From NCBI GenBank assembly GCA_050950765.1, contig JBMNIF010000003.1:480001-544000 (forward strand): a DNA stretch of 64,000 nucleotides. Direction: 5' to 3'. The DNA is from Bdellovibrionota bacterium. GTDB lineage: Bacteria > Bdellovibrionota_C > UBA2361 > JAAYZI01. The notes under the pieces are model-generated. The model was given only the letters and a program-made list of their open reading frames with translations. It had not been told where the DNA came from and ran no database searches. Both the position numbers and the translations under genes were made by a program. This document shows, piece after piece, positions 40,325-50,399 of the stretch (position 1 is its first letter; every line of letters starts with the position of its first letter).

Positions 40325-40639
40325 TTAAGCATCAACTGGAAGAAGTTTATCCAACATCAAAAGATCAAAAGTCTCTTTTACAAATCCGCTTAAAGGTTTA
40401 ACCATTAAGGTACCATTTTCAGATTTTAACTTTTTATAACAACTAAGAACTTTACCAATACCATAACTATTAATAATTTGAACATCAGACAGATCTAAAA
40501 CTATCGTTCTCAAACCTTGATCATAAAGCCTGTCAAATGCAGTCCTTAACCCCTCTCCGGCTTTTTCTGAATCAAGATCTTCGTTAATTTTCACATAACC
40601 TTTATCACCAACTATTGATGTTTCAAAAACGTCTGCCAT
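40325..40639 (-). CDS. STAS domain anti-anti-sigma factor
   Basis: IVLDLSDVQIINSYGIG, with the conserved phosphoacceptor Ser. Confidence 0.9.
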   Translation of the reverse strand: MADVFETSIVGDKGYVKINEDLDSEKAGEGLRTAFDRLYDQGLRTIVLDLSDVQIINSYGIGKVLSCYKKLKSENGTLMVKPLSGFVKETFDLLMLDKLLPVDA

Positions 40640-41075
40640 GTTTTAATCCTCAATATAAAAAGCCAACCACTTATTATAATAACCACAACTCAAAGGGAGG
40701 TGAAAAAACCACGCTCCTCAGGAAACCATCACTAAAAAAACAGACTCCCCACTCTTTAAATTGCACGTCTGCTCTAAAACAAGCTCTTTTGAGAAAAATG
40801 TTCTAGTAGCAATGGTGAGAACATCGACTTACCAACAAAATAACTTAACTAACCGTAGTAAATTTTTTATTAAAGAAACAGCCCTTTATTTTTATTATCC
40901 CCTCGAATTTTAAAGCTAAAAATGTAGCTATAAAACTAAATTGCCATACTTTATACAACCAAACTAATTTATTTTACACGACTTTTTTTAAAGCTCATCT
41001 TTTTCTACTGATAGGTCGAAAACCTCTACAACAAGTCGAACTAAGCGCTCATCTGTTTTATTTAGATTTATTACT

Positions 41076-41978
41076 ATGGATCAACATACAGCACCACTTG
41101 AATTCGAAGGTCGCCTTTCAAAAGGCAAAGATTGGCGAGAAATTGTTGCATGGGTTGGAGACCTGCCTCCAATGCCACAAACTGCCTCTCGTGCCGTTCG
41201 TCTTGTTGAAGATCCAAATACCGATGCTTCTCAACTCTCAAAAGTGTTAGAGATGGATACGGCTCTAGCTGCACGTGTTTTAAAGATCGCTAATTCTGCC
41301 ATGTTTTGTAGGCAACGTGAAATTACAACACTTCAACAAGCGATTATGATTATCGGATTAAAATCTTTAAAAGGTATTATTGTTGCCGCAACAATACAGC
41401 AGATGAATAAATCAATGAGTAAAATTCAGAAAATCATCTGGGAAAACTCAATCTGCACTGCTATTGCCGCTACAATAATTACGAAAAAATTAAGATACCC
41501 ATATGTCGACGAACTCTTTCTGCTTGGTCTTTTACACAGTCTGGGTCAAATTGTTTTAGCTACTCAAACGGAACTTACAAAGGGATATTTACAAGTTTTG
41601 CAACTAATAAAGGAGCGTCATCTTGACTACGTTAACGCTGAACAGGAGGTCTTCGGCTTTGCGCATCCGCTTATCGGTGCTTTAGTTGCGAAAAAATGGA
41701 ATTTCCCCGGTGACTCCTGTCAAATTATACTTCATTACAAAGATCCGGTAGAAAGTTTTTCAAGCGAAATTGAGCAAGATAAAAAAGCGATGATTATCCA
41801 ACTGGCAGATATGTTATGTCATCACGCTGGGCTAGGATCGCCCGAAGGGTATTTTACTGATGAAAGAAAGATCGAGCTGCTTCAGGAAAAATTAAACCTC
41901 TCCCCAAAAGAAGCTCCGACCGAGATAATCCAAGAAACATCCCGTCACTTTCGAGACGAACGACACCTTTATGAATAA
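41076..41978 (+). CDS. HDOD domain protein
   Basis: LPPMP, DTALAARVLKIANSA, GLLHSLG and HPLIGALVAKKWNFP. Confidence 0.92.
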   Translation: MDQHTAPLEFEGRLSKGKDWREIVAWVGDLPPMPQTASRAVRLVEDPNTDASQLSKVLEMDTALAARVLKIANSAMFCRQREITTLQQAIMIIGLKSLKGIIVAATIQQMNKSMSKIQKIIWENSICTAIAATIITKKLRYPYVDELFLLGLLHSLGQIVLATQTELTKGYLQVLQLIKERHLDYVNAEQEVFGFAHPLIGALVAKKWNFPGDSCQIILHYKDPVESFSSEIEQDKKAMIIQLADMLCHHAGLGSPEGYFTDERKIELLQEKLNLSPKEAPTEIIQETSRHFRDERHLYE

Positions 41979-41999
41979 TTAAGAGAAGACTCCTGTATT

Positions 42000-42629
42000 T
42001 TATTGCTCAATAGACCTATCACAACTGTGAGTGCATTTTTTATCGCTCTCGCAATACTCCCGATAAAACTCCGTTAACTTTTCACGTAATAAAAAGCGTG
42101 AGCGGTGTAACCTCGATTTTACAGCTGGTATACTAACTTTTAAGGCTTCACTGACCTCTCGACTACTCAATCCATCCACATCACGCAAAACAAAGACGGG
42201 TCTATATTCATCAGGCAAAACCTTAATCGCATCTTCTAAAACAAACGATAACTCCCTACGGAATGCCTCATCATCCGTATCTAATGCATCCATTCTTTGT
42301 ATGTCTTCCAGATTCTTTGTCTTTGGAAAAGCGTCAGCAATAGCGATACTTTGTTCACTATTATTACTACGTATCTTCATCAAAGCCGCATTAACGGTTA
42401 CTCGATAAAGCCAACTGGAAAAAGAAGATTTCCCTTCAAAGCCTTGTATTTTTCTATAAATTGTAACAAAAACATCTTGCAGCACCTCTTCAGCATCTTG
42501 TTCAGTTTTAACCAATCGTAAAGCTAAGTTATAAACTCTTCCGGCATGCCGATTCGTTAATTCAGCAAAGCTATCTTCTTGTCCAGCTTTTATTTCAGAA
42601 ACTAATTCATTATCAGACTTTTCACCCAT
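42000..42629 (-). CDS. ECF RNA polymerase sigma factor (RpoE-like)
   Basis: DAEEVLQDVF, SSFSSWLYRVTVN and LPDEYRPVFVLRDVDGLS...VKSRLHR; GGAGGAG precedes ATG 42629. Confidence 0.93.
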   Translation of the reverse strand: MGEKSDNELVSEIKAGQEDSFAELTNRHAGRVYNLALRLVKTEQDAEEVLQDVFVTIYRKIQGFEGKSSFSSWLYRVTVNAALMKIRSNNSEQSIAIADAFPKTKNLEDIQRMDALDTDDEAFRRELSFVLEDAIKVLPDEYRPVFVLRDVDGLSSREVSEALKVSIPAVKSRLHRSRFLLREKLTEFYREYCESDKKCTHSCDRSIEQ

Positions 42630-42736
42630 TTGATAAGCTCCTCCAATGCAGCGCATCTTTTCTCTCTTTTTTCCAACATTCAAAAAGTTAGAAAAAAGAA
42701 CAGAGGAAAGACCTTTTCCTCACGGATGATGATCTT

Positions 42737-42752
42737 TGCGAAAAGCTTGCCA
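42737..42752 (-). promoter_or_regulatory. Possible sigma54 -24/-12 promoter of the ECF sigma gene
   Basis: TGGCAAGCTTTTCGCA (GG-N10-GC), about 110 bp upstream of the ATG. Confidence 0.3.
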
Positions 42753-42856
42753 AATGTAACAGTTTTGTAAATAAGTTATAAAAGTATGTTATTACAACTG
42801 GTTACCTCTCGGAGTGCTCTTCTAAAAAGAACACTCCAACAGTCAAAAAAGTGACT

Positions 42857-44326
42857 TTATTCAAGATTGATTGTCAAGAATCTAGTTCCTTCTCTCTTTC
42901 TGATAAGCACCAAGAGCGGCTTATCTCCCGTTAACTCCTTATCTACACGATCAAAAACCTGTTGGTTTTTTATATTAGTATTAGCGATCTCTTCGATAAC
43001 ATCTCCACGCACGATGCCAGCTTTTTCAGCAGGGGAATCTTTTTCAACAGAGGTAACAATGACGTTACCAGATTTAGTTAATTCAAAAATTTTAGCTATA
43101 TCATCAGTTACTGTCTGAACAGAGAGTCCTAATTTACTTTTCTGCTTTTCCTTTTCAGTCTTAGTTTCCTCTTCTTCGGTATCAGTAGGATTAGTCATCT
43201 CCATTATTTTAGGACTTAAAGTTATAATCTTTCCGTCCCGCCACACTTCAATATCAACCTTTGTTCCGATAGCCGTATTAGCAACCAGAATAGGTAAGTC
43301 ATCGTGATCTTCAATAGGATGCCCTGCATAAGTTAATAAGATATCTTTTACTTTAAATCCGGCTTTTGCCGCTGGAGTGTTAGACATAACCTCCGCTACT
43401 AAAGCTCCTGCAGGCTTTACATCCAACGCTTCAGCTACATCCGTATTAACACTTTGTATAATCACCCCTAAAAGTCCGCGCGTAACTGCCCCCTTCTCTT
43501 TTAATTGAGTAATAACATTTTTCACCATATTGATCGGGATAGCAAAACCGATTCCGATATTAAACCCCGTTCCTCCAAATTGAGATCTACCTGGACTAAA
43601 AATAGCAGTGTTAATCCCGACTAATTGACCCTTACTATTAAAGAGCGGTCCCCCTGAACTACCTGGATTTATTGAAGCATCCGTTTGAATAAAATTATCA
43701 TACGGACCACTGATGCTAGTCGGAACCTTACGTGATTTAGCAGAAACGATACCTGCCGTAACGGTTTGTCCAAGTTGAAATTGATTCCCGATAGCCAGAA
43801 CCCATTCTCCGATATGTAGTAGATCTGAATCGCCTACATAAGCAGCTTGTAACTTTTTTTCGCTCTTAATTTTTATAACTGCTAAATCAGTTTTTTTATC
43901 AACTCCGATGATCTCAGCTTGATATTCAGTTTTATCATTGAGTAAACGAACGATAATTGTTTTAGACTTCTCAATTACATGAAAGTTAGTAACAATATAA
44001 CCATCTTCGCTAACAATAATCCCTGAGCCAAGTGAACGCATCGGTTCAGAAGGAAACTTCTTCATAAAAAACGGCAATCCGCTTTCTTCAGACTTCCCCT
44101 TCCCTTTTTCTTCAGTGGCTGTTTCAACAGCGATATTAACAACCATCGGACTTAAGGCTTCTGCTAAGACATCAAAACGTGGGATTACGACCGTGTCTTT
44201 ATTCTGTTTCTGCAACTGTGTAACGACAGGAGGAATGCCCTCTCGCAAAAAAGTATCCGCAAAACACTCCTGTGATATTAATGACATCAAAAGAGCAACT
44301 AAAACCGTCTTACTAAACCAAGCCAT
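42857..44326 (-). CDS. degP: HtrA/DegP-family serine protease with two PDZ domains
   Basis: TNFHV, DLAVIK and QTDASINPGSSGGPL; two PDZ domains. Confidence 0.93.
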   Translation of the reverse strand: MAWFSKTVLVALLMSLISQECFADTFLREGIPPVVTQLQKQNKDTVVIPRFDVLAEALSPMVVNIAVETATEEKGKGKSEESGLPFFMKKFPSEPMRSLGSGIIVSEDGYIVTNFHVIEKSKTIIVRLLNDKTEYQAEIIGVDKKTDLAVIKIKSEKKLQAAYVGDSDLLHIGEWVLAIGNQFQLGQTVTAGIVSAKSRKVPTSISGPYDNFIQTDASINPGSSGGPLFNSKGQLVGINTAIFSPGRSQFGGTGFNIGIGFAIPINMVKNVITQLKEKGAVTRGLLGVIIQSVNTDVAEALDVKPAGALVAEVMSNTPAAKAGFKVKDILLTYAGHPIEDHDDLPILVANTAIGTKVDIEVWRDGKIITLSPKIMEMTNPTDTEEEETKTEKEKQKSKLGLSVQTVTDDIAKIFELTKSGNVIVTSVEKDSPAEKAGIVRGDVIEEIANTNIKNQQVFDRVDKELTGDKPLLVLIRKREGTRFLTINLE

Positions 44327-44357
44327 AGTGAACCTATCTACTTAAATATTACCTCTA

Positions 44358-44774
44358 TTACTTCGCCTTAACGAAACAGAACTGCAATTTCTGTAAAACA
44401 TCTTTCAACATCATCTCTTCATCAGGATCAAGGTTGCCCTTAGTTTTTGATTCCAACAAGCGCAAGATATCAATCGTTTGTCTAGCTGCTGCCTTATCAC
44501 GAGGGACGTTAAACCCTTCGGGAGCTTCCATCTCTCCCAACTGGATAAAAGCTTGCATAGCAAACGACATCACAAAGGAGGCGAAAGTTATCTCTTCAGG
44601 AATTTTTTGCTCTTCAGTTTTAGGAGGATCTTTTATAACAAAATCCTGCTGAGGTTCCGTTTTTGCTTTTTCTTCAACACCATCTCTTTCATTGCCGTGT
44701 TCATCAAAAAGTCGCCTATCATTAACCTTAAACCCGTTGCTGTTTTTTTCATCTTGTTCACTCATATCTATCAC
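44358..44774 (-). CDS. DUF1844 domain protein
   Basis: FKVNDRR; ITFASFVMS...QLG; ARQTIDILRLLESKTKGNLDPDE. Confidence 0.88.
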   Translation of the reverse strand: MIDMSEQDEKNSNGFKVNDRRLFDEHGNERDGVEEKAKTEPQQDFVIKDPPKTEEQKIPEEITFASFVMSFAMQAFIQLGEMEAPEGFNVPRDKAAARQTIDILRLLESKTKGNLDPDEEMMLKDVLQKLQFCFVKAK

Positions 44775-45025
44775 CCCGTAGCAATGCGCAAATACTATCT
44801 AGCACTCTTCATCATTTTAAGAGTCAATACATACAGATTATAAACCTTCTCGGAGAGGAAGCACAGCCACCACTTTTCTATAATTAAAACAAAATGTTCC
44901 AAAATTCACAACATTACATTATTAACTTAAGCCGTTTGATTGGAGAGCTTTAACATCCCTAGATATTGCTTTTAATTTTCTCCATACCGATAATATAACT
45001 GTTTATATTTTTACGGTTAGATCTT

Positions 45026-45811
45026 ATGCAGTTACAAATTCTCGGATCAGGAGCATCTACAGGAGTCCCGATAGCAGCTTGCCCTTGTGCTGTCTGTCAC
45101 TCAAAGAATCCGTTTAATAAACGCTACCGCCCCTCTGCATTAATCACCACTCCTGATGGTCAAAACATCTTGATTGACACCTCACCTGATCTAAGACAAC
45201 AAGCTCTAAAATTTTCTATTACACACCTAGAAGCTGTTCTTTTTACCCATGCTCACGCCGATCATATTATAGGATTTGACGATTTGCGCGCTTTTAATTT
45301 TGTTAGACCCCACTACCGCATCCCCTGTTACGCCATTAAAGAGACGATCGACTCTATAAAACAGGTTTTTAGTTACATCTTCTACCCACCGCAACAATAC
45401 AAGGGGGGGTTATTAGCACAAGTTGAACTGCACCAAATTTCTCAAACGGAGCCATTCCAAGTCTGTGGTATTACAGTTCAACCTTTTAAGCTTATTCACA
45501 GCTCAATTCCAACTACGGGGTTTCGTATTGGGGATGTTGCTTATGCAACTGATTGCAGCCAGATCCCACAAGAATCAAAAGATATCCTAGCTGGCATCAA
45601 CACCATTGTCATTGACGGATTGAGAGACAGACCACATGCCACTCATTTTGCTATAAGTGAAGCTATCGCAGCTGCTAAAGAACTCGGAGCAAAAAATATC
45701 TTTTTAACACACCTTTCACACACCATTGAGTATGAAGCTATTAGTAAAAACCTCCCGCAAGGGGTACACCTCGCCTACGACGGGCTAATTATTCCTATTA
45801 ATTTATCCTAA
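45026..45811 (+). CDS. PhnP-like metallo-beta-lactamase-fold hydrolase
   Basis: LGSGASTGVP..ACPCAVC, THAHADH, YATD, THLSH and AYDGL. Confidence 0.92.
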   Translation: MQLQILGSGASTGVPIAACPCAVCHSKNPFNKRYRPSALITTPDGQNILIDTSPDLRQQALKFSITHLEAVLFTHAHADHIIGFDDLRAFNFVRPHYRIPCYAIKETIDSIKQVFSYIFYPPQQYKGGLLAQVELHQISQTEPFQVCGITVQPFKLIHSSIPTTGFRIGDVAYATDCSQIPQESKDILAGINTIVIDGLRDRPHATHFAISEAIAAAKELGAKNIFLTHLSHTIEYEAISKNLPQGVHLAYDGLIIPINLS

Positions 45812-45953
45812 ATAAACAGAGATCGTGCGTGGTTTGCGTTATAAAAAAACTTTTAACCTCACCACATCACAATACAAACGGTTACCTTTTATCCTAAATA
45901 GAGATCGTGCGTGGTTTGCGTTATAAAAAAACTTTTAACCGCACCACAATACG
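45802..45953. repeat. Tandem duplication (period ~82 bp) of a hairpin-bearing segment
   Basis: AGAGATCGTGCGTGGTTTGCGTTATAAAAAAACTTTTAACC at 45818-45858 and 45900-45940. Confidence 0.9.
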
Positions 45954-45968
45954 GATGACTATCTTTAA

Positions 45969-46394
45969 CTATTCTTTTAATTTAAAAGTTTTTATTTTTT
46001 GACTCAACTCACTTGCAGCTACCTTCTCATCCTCTACAACGGTCAGCGATCTCCCGACCTCTAAAGTATTTAAAGCGGTTAAGCACCACTTATAATGATA
46101 TCTGTGTTTTGGAATTACTGCATTAAATAAGAGCCTTTTGTACTCAAATTTAGCACGCGTTTTTAAGCGTTGTAGCTCCAATTCTGAAATAAGCGCAGGA
46201 TCAACAAACCCTAAGAACGTTATAAAATCCTCAGAATTTATATAGAGAACCCCGTTTTGAATCTCAGGTCTAGTTGTTAGATAACGACCACTTTTTAAAA
46301 GGAGGGTTAAGGTGTCGGCGATAGACTCCTCCGGCAAGCCACTTAAATCAAGCTCCATATCAGAGAAGTCTATCGTTTTTGAATCAGTACCCAT
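45969..46394 (-). CDS. Hypothetical protein
   Basis: 141-aa ORF directly downstream of thrS; no motif recognised. Confidence 0.65.
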   Translation of the reverse strand: MGTDSKTIDFSDMELDLSGLPEESIADTLTLLLKSGRYLTTRPEIQNGVLYINSEDFITFLGFVDPALISELELQRLKTRAKFEYKRLLFNAVIPKHRYHYKWCLTALNTLEVGRSLTVVEDEKVAASELSQKIKTFKLKE

Positions 46395-46417
46395 TAGGAC
46401 AGTGCATCACTATTAGT

Positions 46418-48199
46418 CTACAACCCCAATTTTAAAGCTTTTGTTCTATCTTCTTCAACAACACTTTTTACAAAATCTGAGATAGTTACAGTTTGTTGTT
46501 CTCCAGTGTCACGATTACGCACGGTTACAACTCCATCAGCTGCCTCTTTTTCTCCAAGTATCAGCAGGTACGGGATACGTTGCAATCTAGCTTCTCGTAA
46601 TTTCTTACCGATCTTCTCATTTCTAACATCAAGCTCGGTTCTAACACCTGCTTGACGTAGAGCCTCATCAACTTTCTTGCCGAACTCCAACTGAGCATCA
46701 GTAATCGTCAAAGTTTTTACCTGAACAGGTGACAACCAAAGTGGCAAAGAACCACCATAGAACTCTAATAAGAACGCTATGGTTCGTTCTAAGCACCCGA
46801 TAGATGATCTGTGAATAACTACTGGTCTAGCTTTTTCACCTTTCTCATCGATATAAGTCATATCGAAACGCTCAGGCAAACAGAAATCGATCTGAACCGT
46901 AAAGATCGTCTCTTCTTTTCCTAAAACATTTCTCATCTGAACGTCCAGTTTTGGACCATAAAAAGCGGCATCACCTGGACTCTTGGTATACGCCATCTCC
47001 ATTTTATCCATGATACCCGTTAAAACAGCCTCACCTTTCTCCCACATCTCATCATTGTCAACATATTTATCGCTAGCTTTATCACGTAAAGATGCTCTAA
47101 ATGAAATTGCCGAATCTAAACCTAATTTGGTCATGGCAAAACGGATCAGATCAACAGCACCTTCAAACTCCTCTTCTAACTGATCCTTACGACAAACGAT
47201 GTGTGCATCTGCCAAAGTAAACATCATCACGCGCGCTAAGCCCGTCAATTCACCAGAGAGCTCCCGTCTAAATTGAGAGGCGATCTCTGCAATACGCATC
47301 GGCAGATCACGATATGATCTCGGATGTGAATTATACAATTCAAAATGGTGCGGACACGTCATCGGTCTAAGAACTATCTCTTGATCGTCTCCTAGATCCA
47401 TTGGCGGATACATCCCATCTTTATAATGTTGCCAGTGCCCTGATACTTCATAAAGCTCACGCTTTGCCAAAGGTGGAGTGCAAACATGTTGATAACCACG
47501 TCTCAACTCTTCATCAACAATAAAGCGTTCCAACACACGTCTAATAGTTGCGCCTTTCGCTGTAAATAACGGTAACCCTTTCCCTATCAGATCTGAAAAA
47601 ATAAAGAGGTCTAATTCTGAACCGAGCTTACGGTGGTCACGCTGCATAGCCTCTTCACGACGTGCAATAAAATCTTTTAATTCATCTTTTGTTGGAAACG
47701 CCAGAACGTAAATCCTTTGCAACATCGGATTTTTTTCACTGCCTTTCCAATACGCACCACTAACTCTATCAACCTGCCACGCCAGAGAACGAAGCTCTTT
47801 TGTTGAAGCGACATGAGGTCCCGTACACAGATCGGTGAATTCGCCTGAAGTGTAAATACTGACATTTTCTTCCCCCGACTTTTGTAGATCAGAGATAAGC
47901 TCCAACTTAAACGGTTCAGCGGCGAAACGTTTTTTCGCCTCATCAAAAGAGATTAAAGTCTTAGTGAAGGTGCAATCGTTTTTAAGTAGCTCCTTCATCT
48001 TAGTTACGATCTGATCTACCACTTCAGGACTGAAGGTGAACCCTTCAGGTAGAAGAAAATCATAGTAAAAACCATTTTCAATACTTGGTCCAATTCCAAG
48101 CTTCACATCTGGACAAAGCTCTTTTACAGCAGCTGCCAAGATGTGAGACATTGAATGTCTGGCGATATCAACCTGTTCTAATGCACCTAAATCACTCAT
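46418..48199 (-). CDS. thrS: Threonine--tRNA ligase (no N-terminal TGS domain)
   Basis: RHSMSH, GFYYDF, DLCTGPHV, RDHRKLG, RPMTCPHH, AAFYGPKLD and PLWLSPVQV; AAGGA precedes ATG 48199. Confidence 0.97.
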   Translation of the reverse strand: MSDLGALEQVDIARHSMSHILAAAVKELCPDVKLGIGPSIENGFYYDFLLPEGFTFSPEVVDQIVTKMKELLKNDCTFTKTLISFDEAKKRFAAEPFKLELISDLQKSGEENVSIYTSGEFTDLCTGPHVASTKELRSLAWQVDRVSGAYWKGSEKNPMLQRIYVLAFPTKDELKDFIARREEAMQRDHRKLGSELDLFIFSDLIGKGLPLFTAKGATIRRVLERFIVDEELRRGYQHVCTPPLAKRELYEVSGHWQHYKDGMYPPMDLGDDQEIVLRPMTCPHHFELYNSHPRSYRDLPMRIAEIASQFRRELSGELTGLARVMMFTLADAHIVCRKDQLEEEFEGAVDLIRFAMTKLGLDSAISFRASLRDKASDKYVDNDEMWEKGEAVLTGIMDKMEMAYTKSPGDAAFYGPKLDVQMRNVLGKEETIFTVQIDFCLPERFDMTYIDEKGEKARPVVIHRSSIGCLERTIAFLLEFYGGSLPLWLSPVQVKTLTITDAQLEFGKKVDEALRQAGVRTELDVRNEKIGKKLREARLQRIPYLLILGEKEAADGVVTVRNRDTGEQQTVTISDFVKSVVEEDRTKALKLGL

Positions 48200-48273
48200 A
48201 ACACATCCTTCAAAACGCCTCTCCATAAGTATAGGGAAGCGAACTTATAATAAATCATCACCCTATCAATATC

Positions 48274-49590
48274 TCATTTTTCGGGTTTTTTCCATTTAGG
48301 AATTCGCAAAGACATAATCCGGTGGGCGGAAACACTTTCAACTTTAATCGTAAAACCGTTACACTCGACGGACTCCCCTTCAGAGGGGATTTTTCCTAAT
48401 AAATCGATAACAAGCCCTGCTATCGTATCATACTCTCCTTTCGGAAAGTTGAAGTCGTACTCAGCATTAAGATCATCAATTAAAGCGCCCCCTTCAACTA
48501 TAAAATCTCCGTTGTCCACCAGATATACCTCTTCTTCCTCTTCAGGGATATCGAACTCATCAAAGATCTCTCCAACGATCTCTTCAAGGAGATCCTCCAC
48601 TGTCACCACACCAGCGACACCCCCATGTTCATCCATTACGATAGCAAAGTGAACGGCTTCAGATTTGAACTTTTTAAGGAGATCGTCCGTTTTCATCAGC
48701 TCTGAAACTGTATAAGGCGGACGTATAAATTCTTTAATATCAAAAGGGTGTTCTGTTTGTTTTAAAACAAATGGAAGGAGGTCTTTTAAAATCAGAATCC
48801 CTTTTACATCATCAAGAATATCTCCTATCACAAGAATTCGTGACAACTGTTCTTTAGAAAAAACCTGTACGATATCCTCAAGTGAAGAGTTTTCAGAAAC
48901 CGCCACAACGTCCTTTCTCGGAGTCATTACCTCTCTAACGATCCCCTCTGAGAAATCAATTACCCCCTGAATCATCTCTACCTGCTCTTCTTCTATTATT
49001 CCAGCTTCGCTACTCCTCTCAACTATGGCACTAATCTGTTCAGGAGATGCTGCACTAACCTCAGGGTGAGCCACAGGTAATTTTAAGATATTCAAAACAA
49101 CATTTCGGCACGACCGCACAACAAAAACTAACGGGTAGAAAAGTTTACCAAGCCAAAAAATAGGCCACGCCATAATACAAAGTAGCCTTCTGCGGTCCCT
49201 TTCGATGGCAGCATTGACAATTTGCAACCCCAACGTCAGTAAAAAATATACGACCACAATGTAGGCTATCTCTGACCAGACAACACTTTTTATCTGATGG
49301 GGATCAAAGGGCTCCTTTAGTAATAGAAGCACGGAGAGAGCAGCGGCAAGGCTTATCGTAATACTACCAAGAACCATTATTACACAGCAGAAAACACCGT
49401 AATAATCTGATTCTAATGTTATTTTTTTTATCTCTTTAACTCCGAAATAAAAGCCTTCGTCAGGCAATTCAAGATTCCGAATCTTACCTGTAATAAGATT
49501 TACCCAAAACGCCGCACAACAAACCAAGAACGCACCGACTATTATCAGGCACGACACACCTAAGATAAAGATTGTATTATCAGACTCCAC
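48274..49590 (-). CDS. HlyC/CorC (CNNM-like) CBS-domain membrane protein
   Basis: N-terminal TMs; VREVMTPR; VMDEHGGVAGVVTVEDLLEEIVGEIFDEFD; YDTIAG. Confidence 0.92.
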   Translation of the reverse strand: MESDNTIFILGVSCLIIVGAFLVCCAAFWVNLITGKIRNLELPDEGFYFGVKEIKKITLESDYYGVFCCVIMVLGSITISLAAALSVLLLLKEPFDPHQIKSVVWSEIAYIVVVYFLLTLGLQIVNAAIERDRRRLLCIMAWPIFWLGKLFYPLVFVVRSCRNVVLNILKLPVAHPEVSAASPEQISAIVERSSEAGIIEEEQVEMIQGVIDFSEGIVREVMTPRKDVVAVSENSSLEDIVQVFSKEQLSRILVIGDILDDVKGILILKDLLPFVLKQTEHPFDIKEFIRPPYTVSELMKTDDLLKKFKSEAVHFAIVMDEHGGVAGVVTVEDLLEEIVGEIFDEFDIPEEEEEVYLVDNGDFIVEGGALIDDLNAEYDFNFPKGEYDTIAGLVIDLLGKIPSEGESVECNGFTIKVESVSAHRIMSLRIPKWKKPEK

Positions 49591-49746
49591 TCTTGTCTCC
49601 GAATTCGTTATAAGAACGATTTCAATCTACTGACAAAAACATACACTTTTTTAATATATTGAAGGCTCCCCTTGCTCCTGTCAATAAACAGAACTGGCAG
49701 AAAGACCTTACTTGTCTAAAAGTACTTATAAGTGTATTAATTTTCC

Positions 49747-50199
49747 ATGAAAAAGATTACCGCAATACATTTTTTCTTACTATACTTCATAACACAAGCT
49801 ATAAGCCCCAGCGCAGCGTTTAGTGAGTGTTCATGTTTGCCTCAATCTAATGTTTCTGACAGCCTCAACAATTCATCATATGTTATGCTGGCTGACATTT
49901 TAGAGAAATCTCGAGTTGCGATTCCTGCAGTTTCCCCTAATTATAAAGAGTTAAAGGTAAAAATTCGTGTCCAACGTTATTGGAAAGGTACTGCTAAAAG
50001 GTTGATGACTATTAGAGTCCCTGAAAATGCGGCTGATTGCGCAATTAACCTAGAGACAGGAAAAACATACCTGATCTATGCGCTAGGGGGCGAAATCCCA
50101 CTAGTAACCAGATGTTCACGAACTAAATTAGCCAACACACCGCAAGCGCAAAGTGACATTACCCGTCTAGGCAAAAACTACACCACCGCAGAAGATTAA
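49747..50199 (+). CDS. Exported TIMP/NTR-like protein
   Basis: Signal peptide, then CSC...YWKG...DCAINLETGKTYLIYA...CSRT. Confidence 0.7.
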   Translation: MKKITAIHFFLLYFITQAISPSAAFSECSCLPQSNVSDSLNNSSYVMLADILEKSRVAIPAVSPNYKELKVKIRVQRYWKGTAKRLMTIRVPENAADCAINLETGKTYLIYALGGEIPLVTRCSRTKLANTPQAQSDITRLGKNYTTAED

Positions 50200-50326
50200 A
50201 AGCACCCCCCTCTTTGGCGTTGTTTTTAAATTGTCACTATAATTTTATGGTGTAATCTTACGCTGGTTTTAAAATATCTTTATAAAAATTACAGTAAGGA
50301 AGCATTTGCCCGTGTTTAGCACGATC

Positions 50327-50356
50327 AAAAAAGGCAGCATCTTTCAATGCTGCCTT
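50327..50356 (-). terminator. Intrinsic terminator of hup
   Basis: AAGGCAGCAT-CTTTCA-ATGCTGCCTT with a U tract on the - strand. Confidence 0.85.
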
Positions 50357-50399
50357 AAACCATACACTTATAAGACGCACTTATAAGTTATTGCATAAC

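Noticed and set aside
42811..42837. Terminator after degP
   Set aside because: A hairpin is present but has no U tract, so it is not called as an intrinsic terminator.
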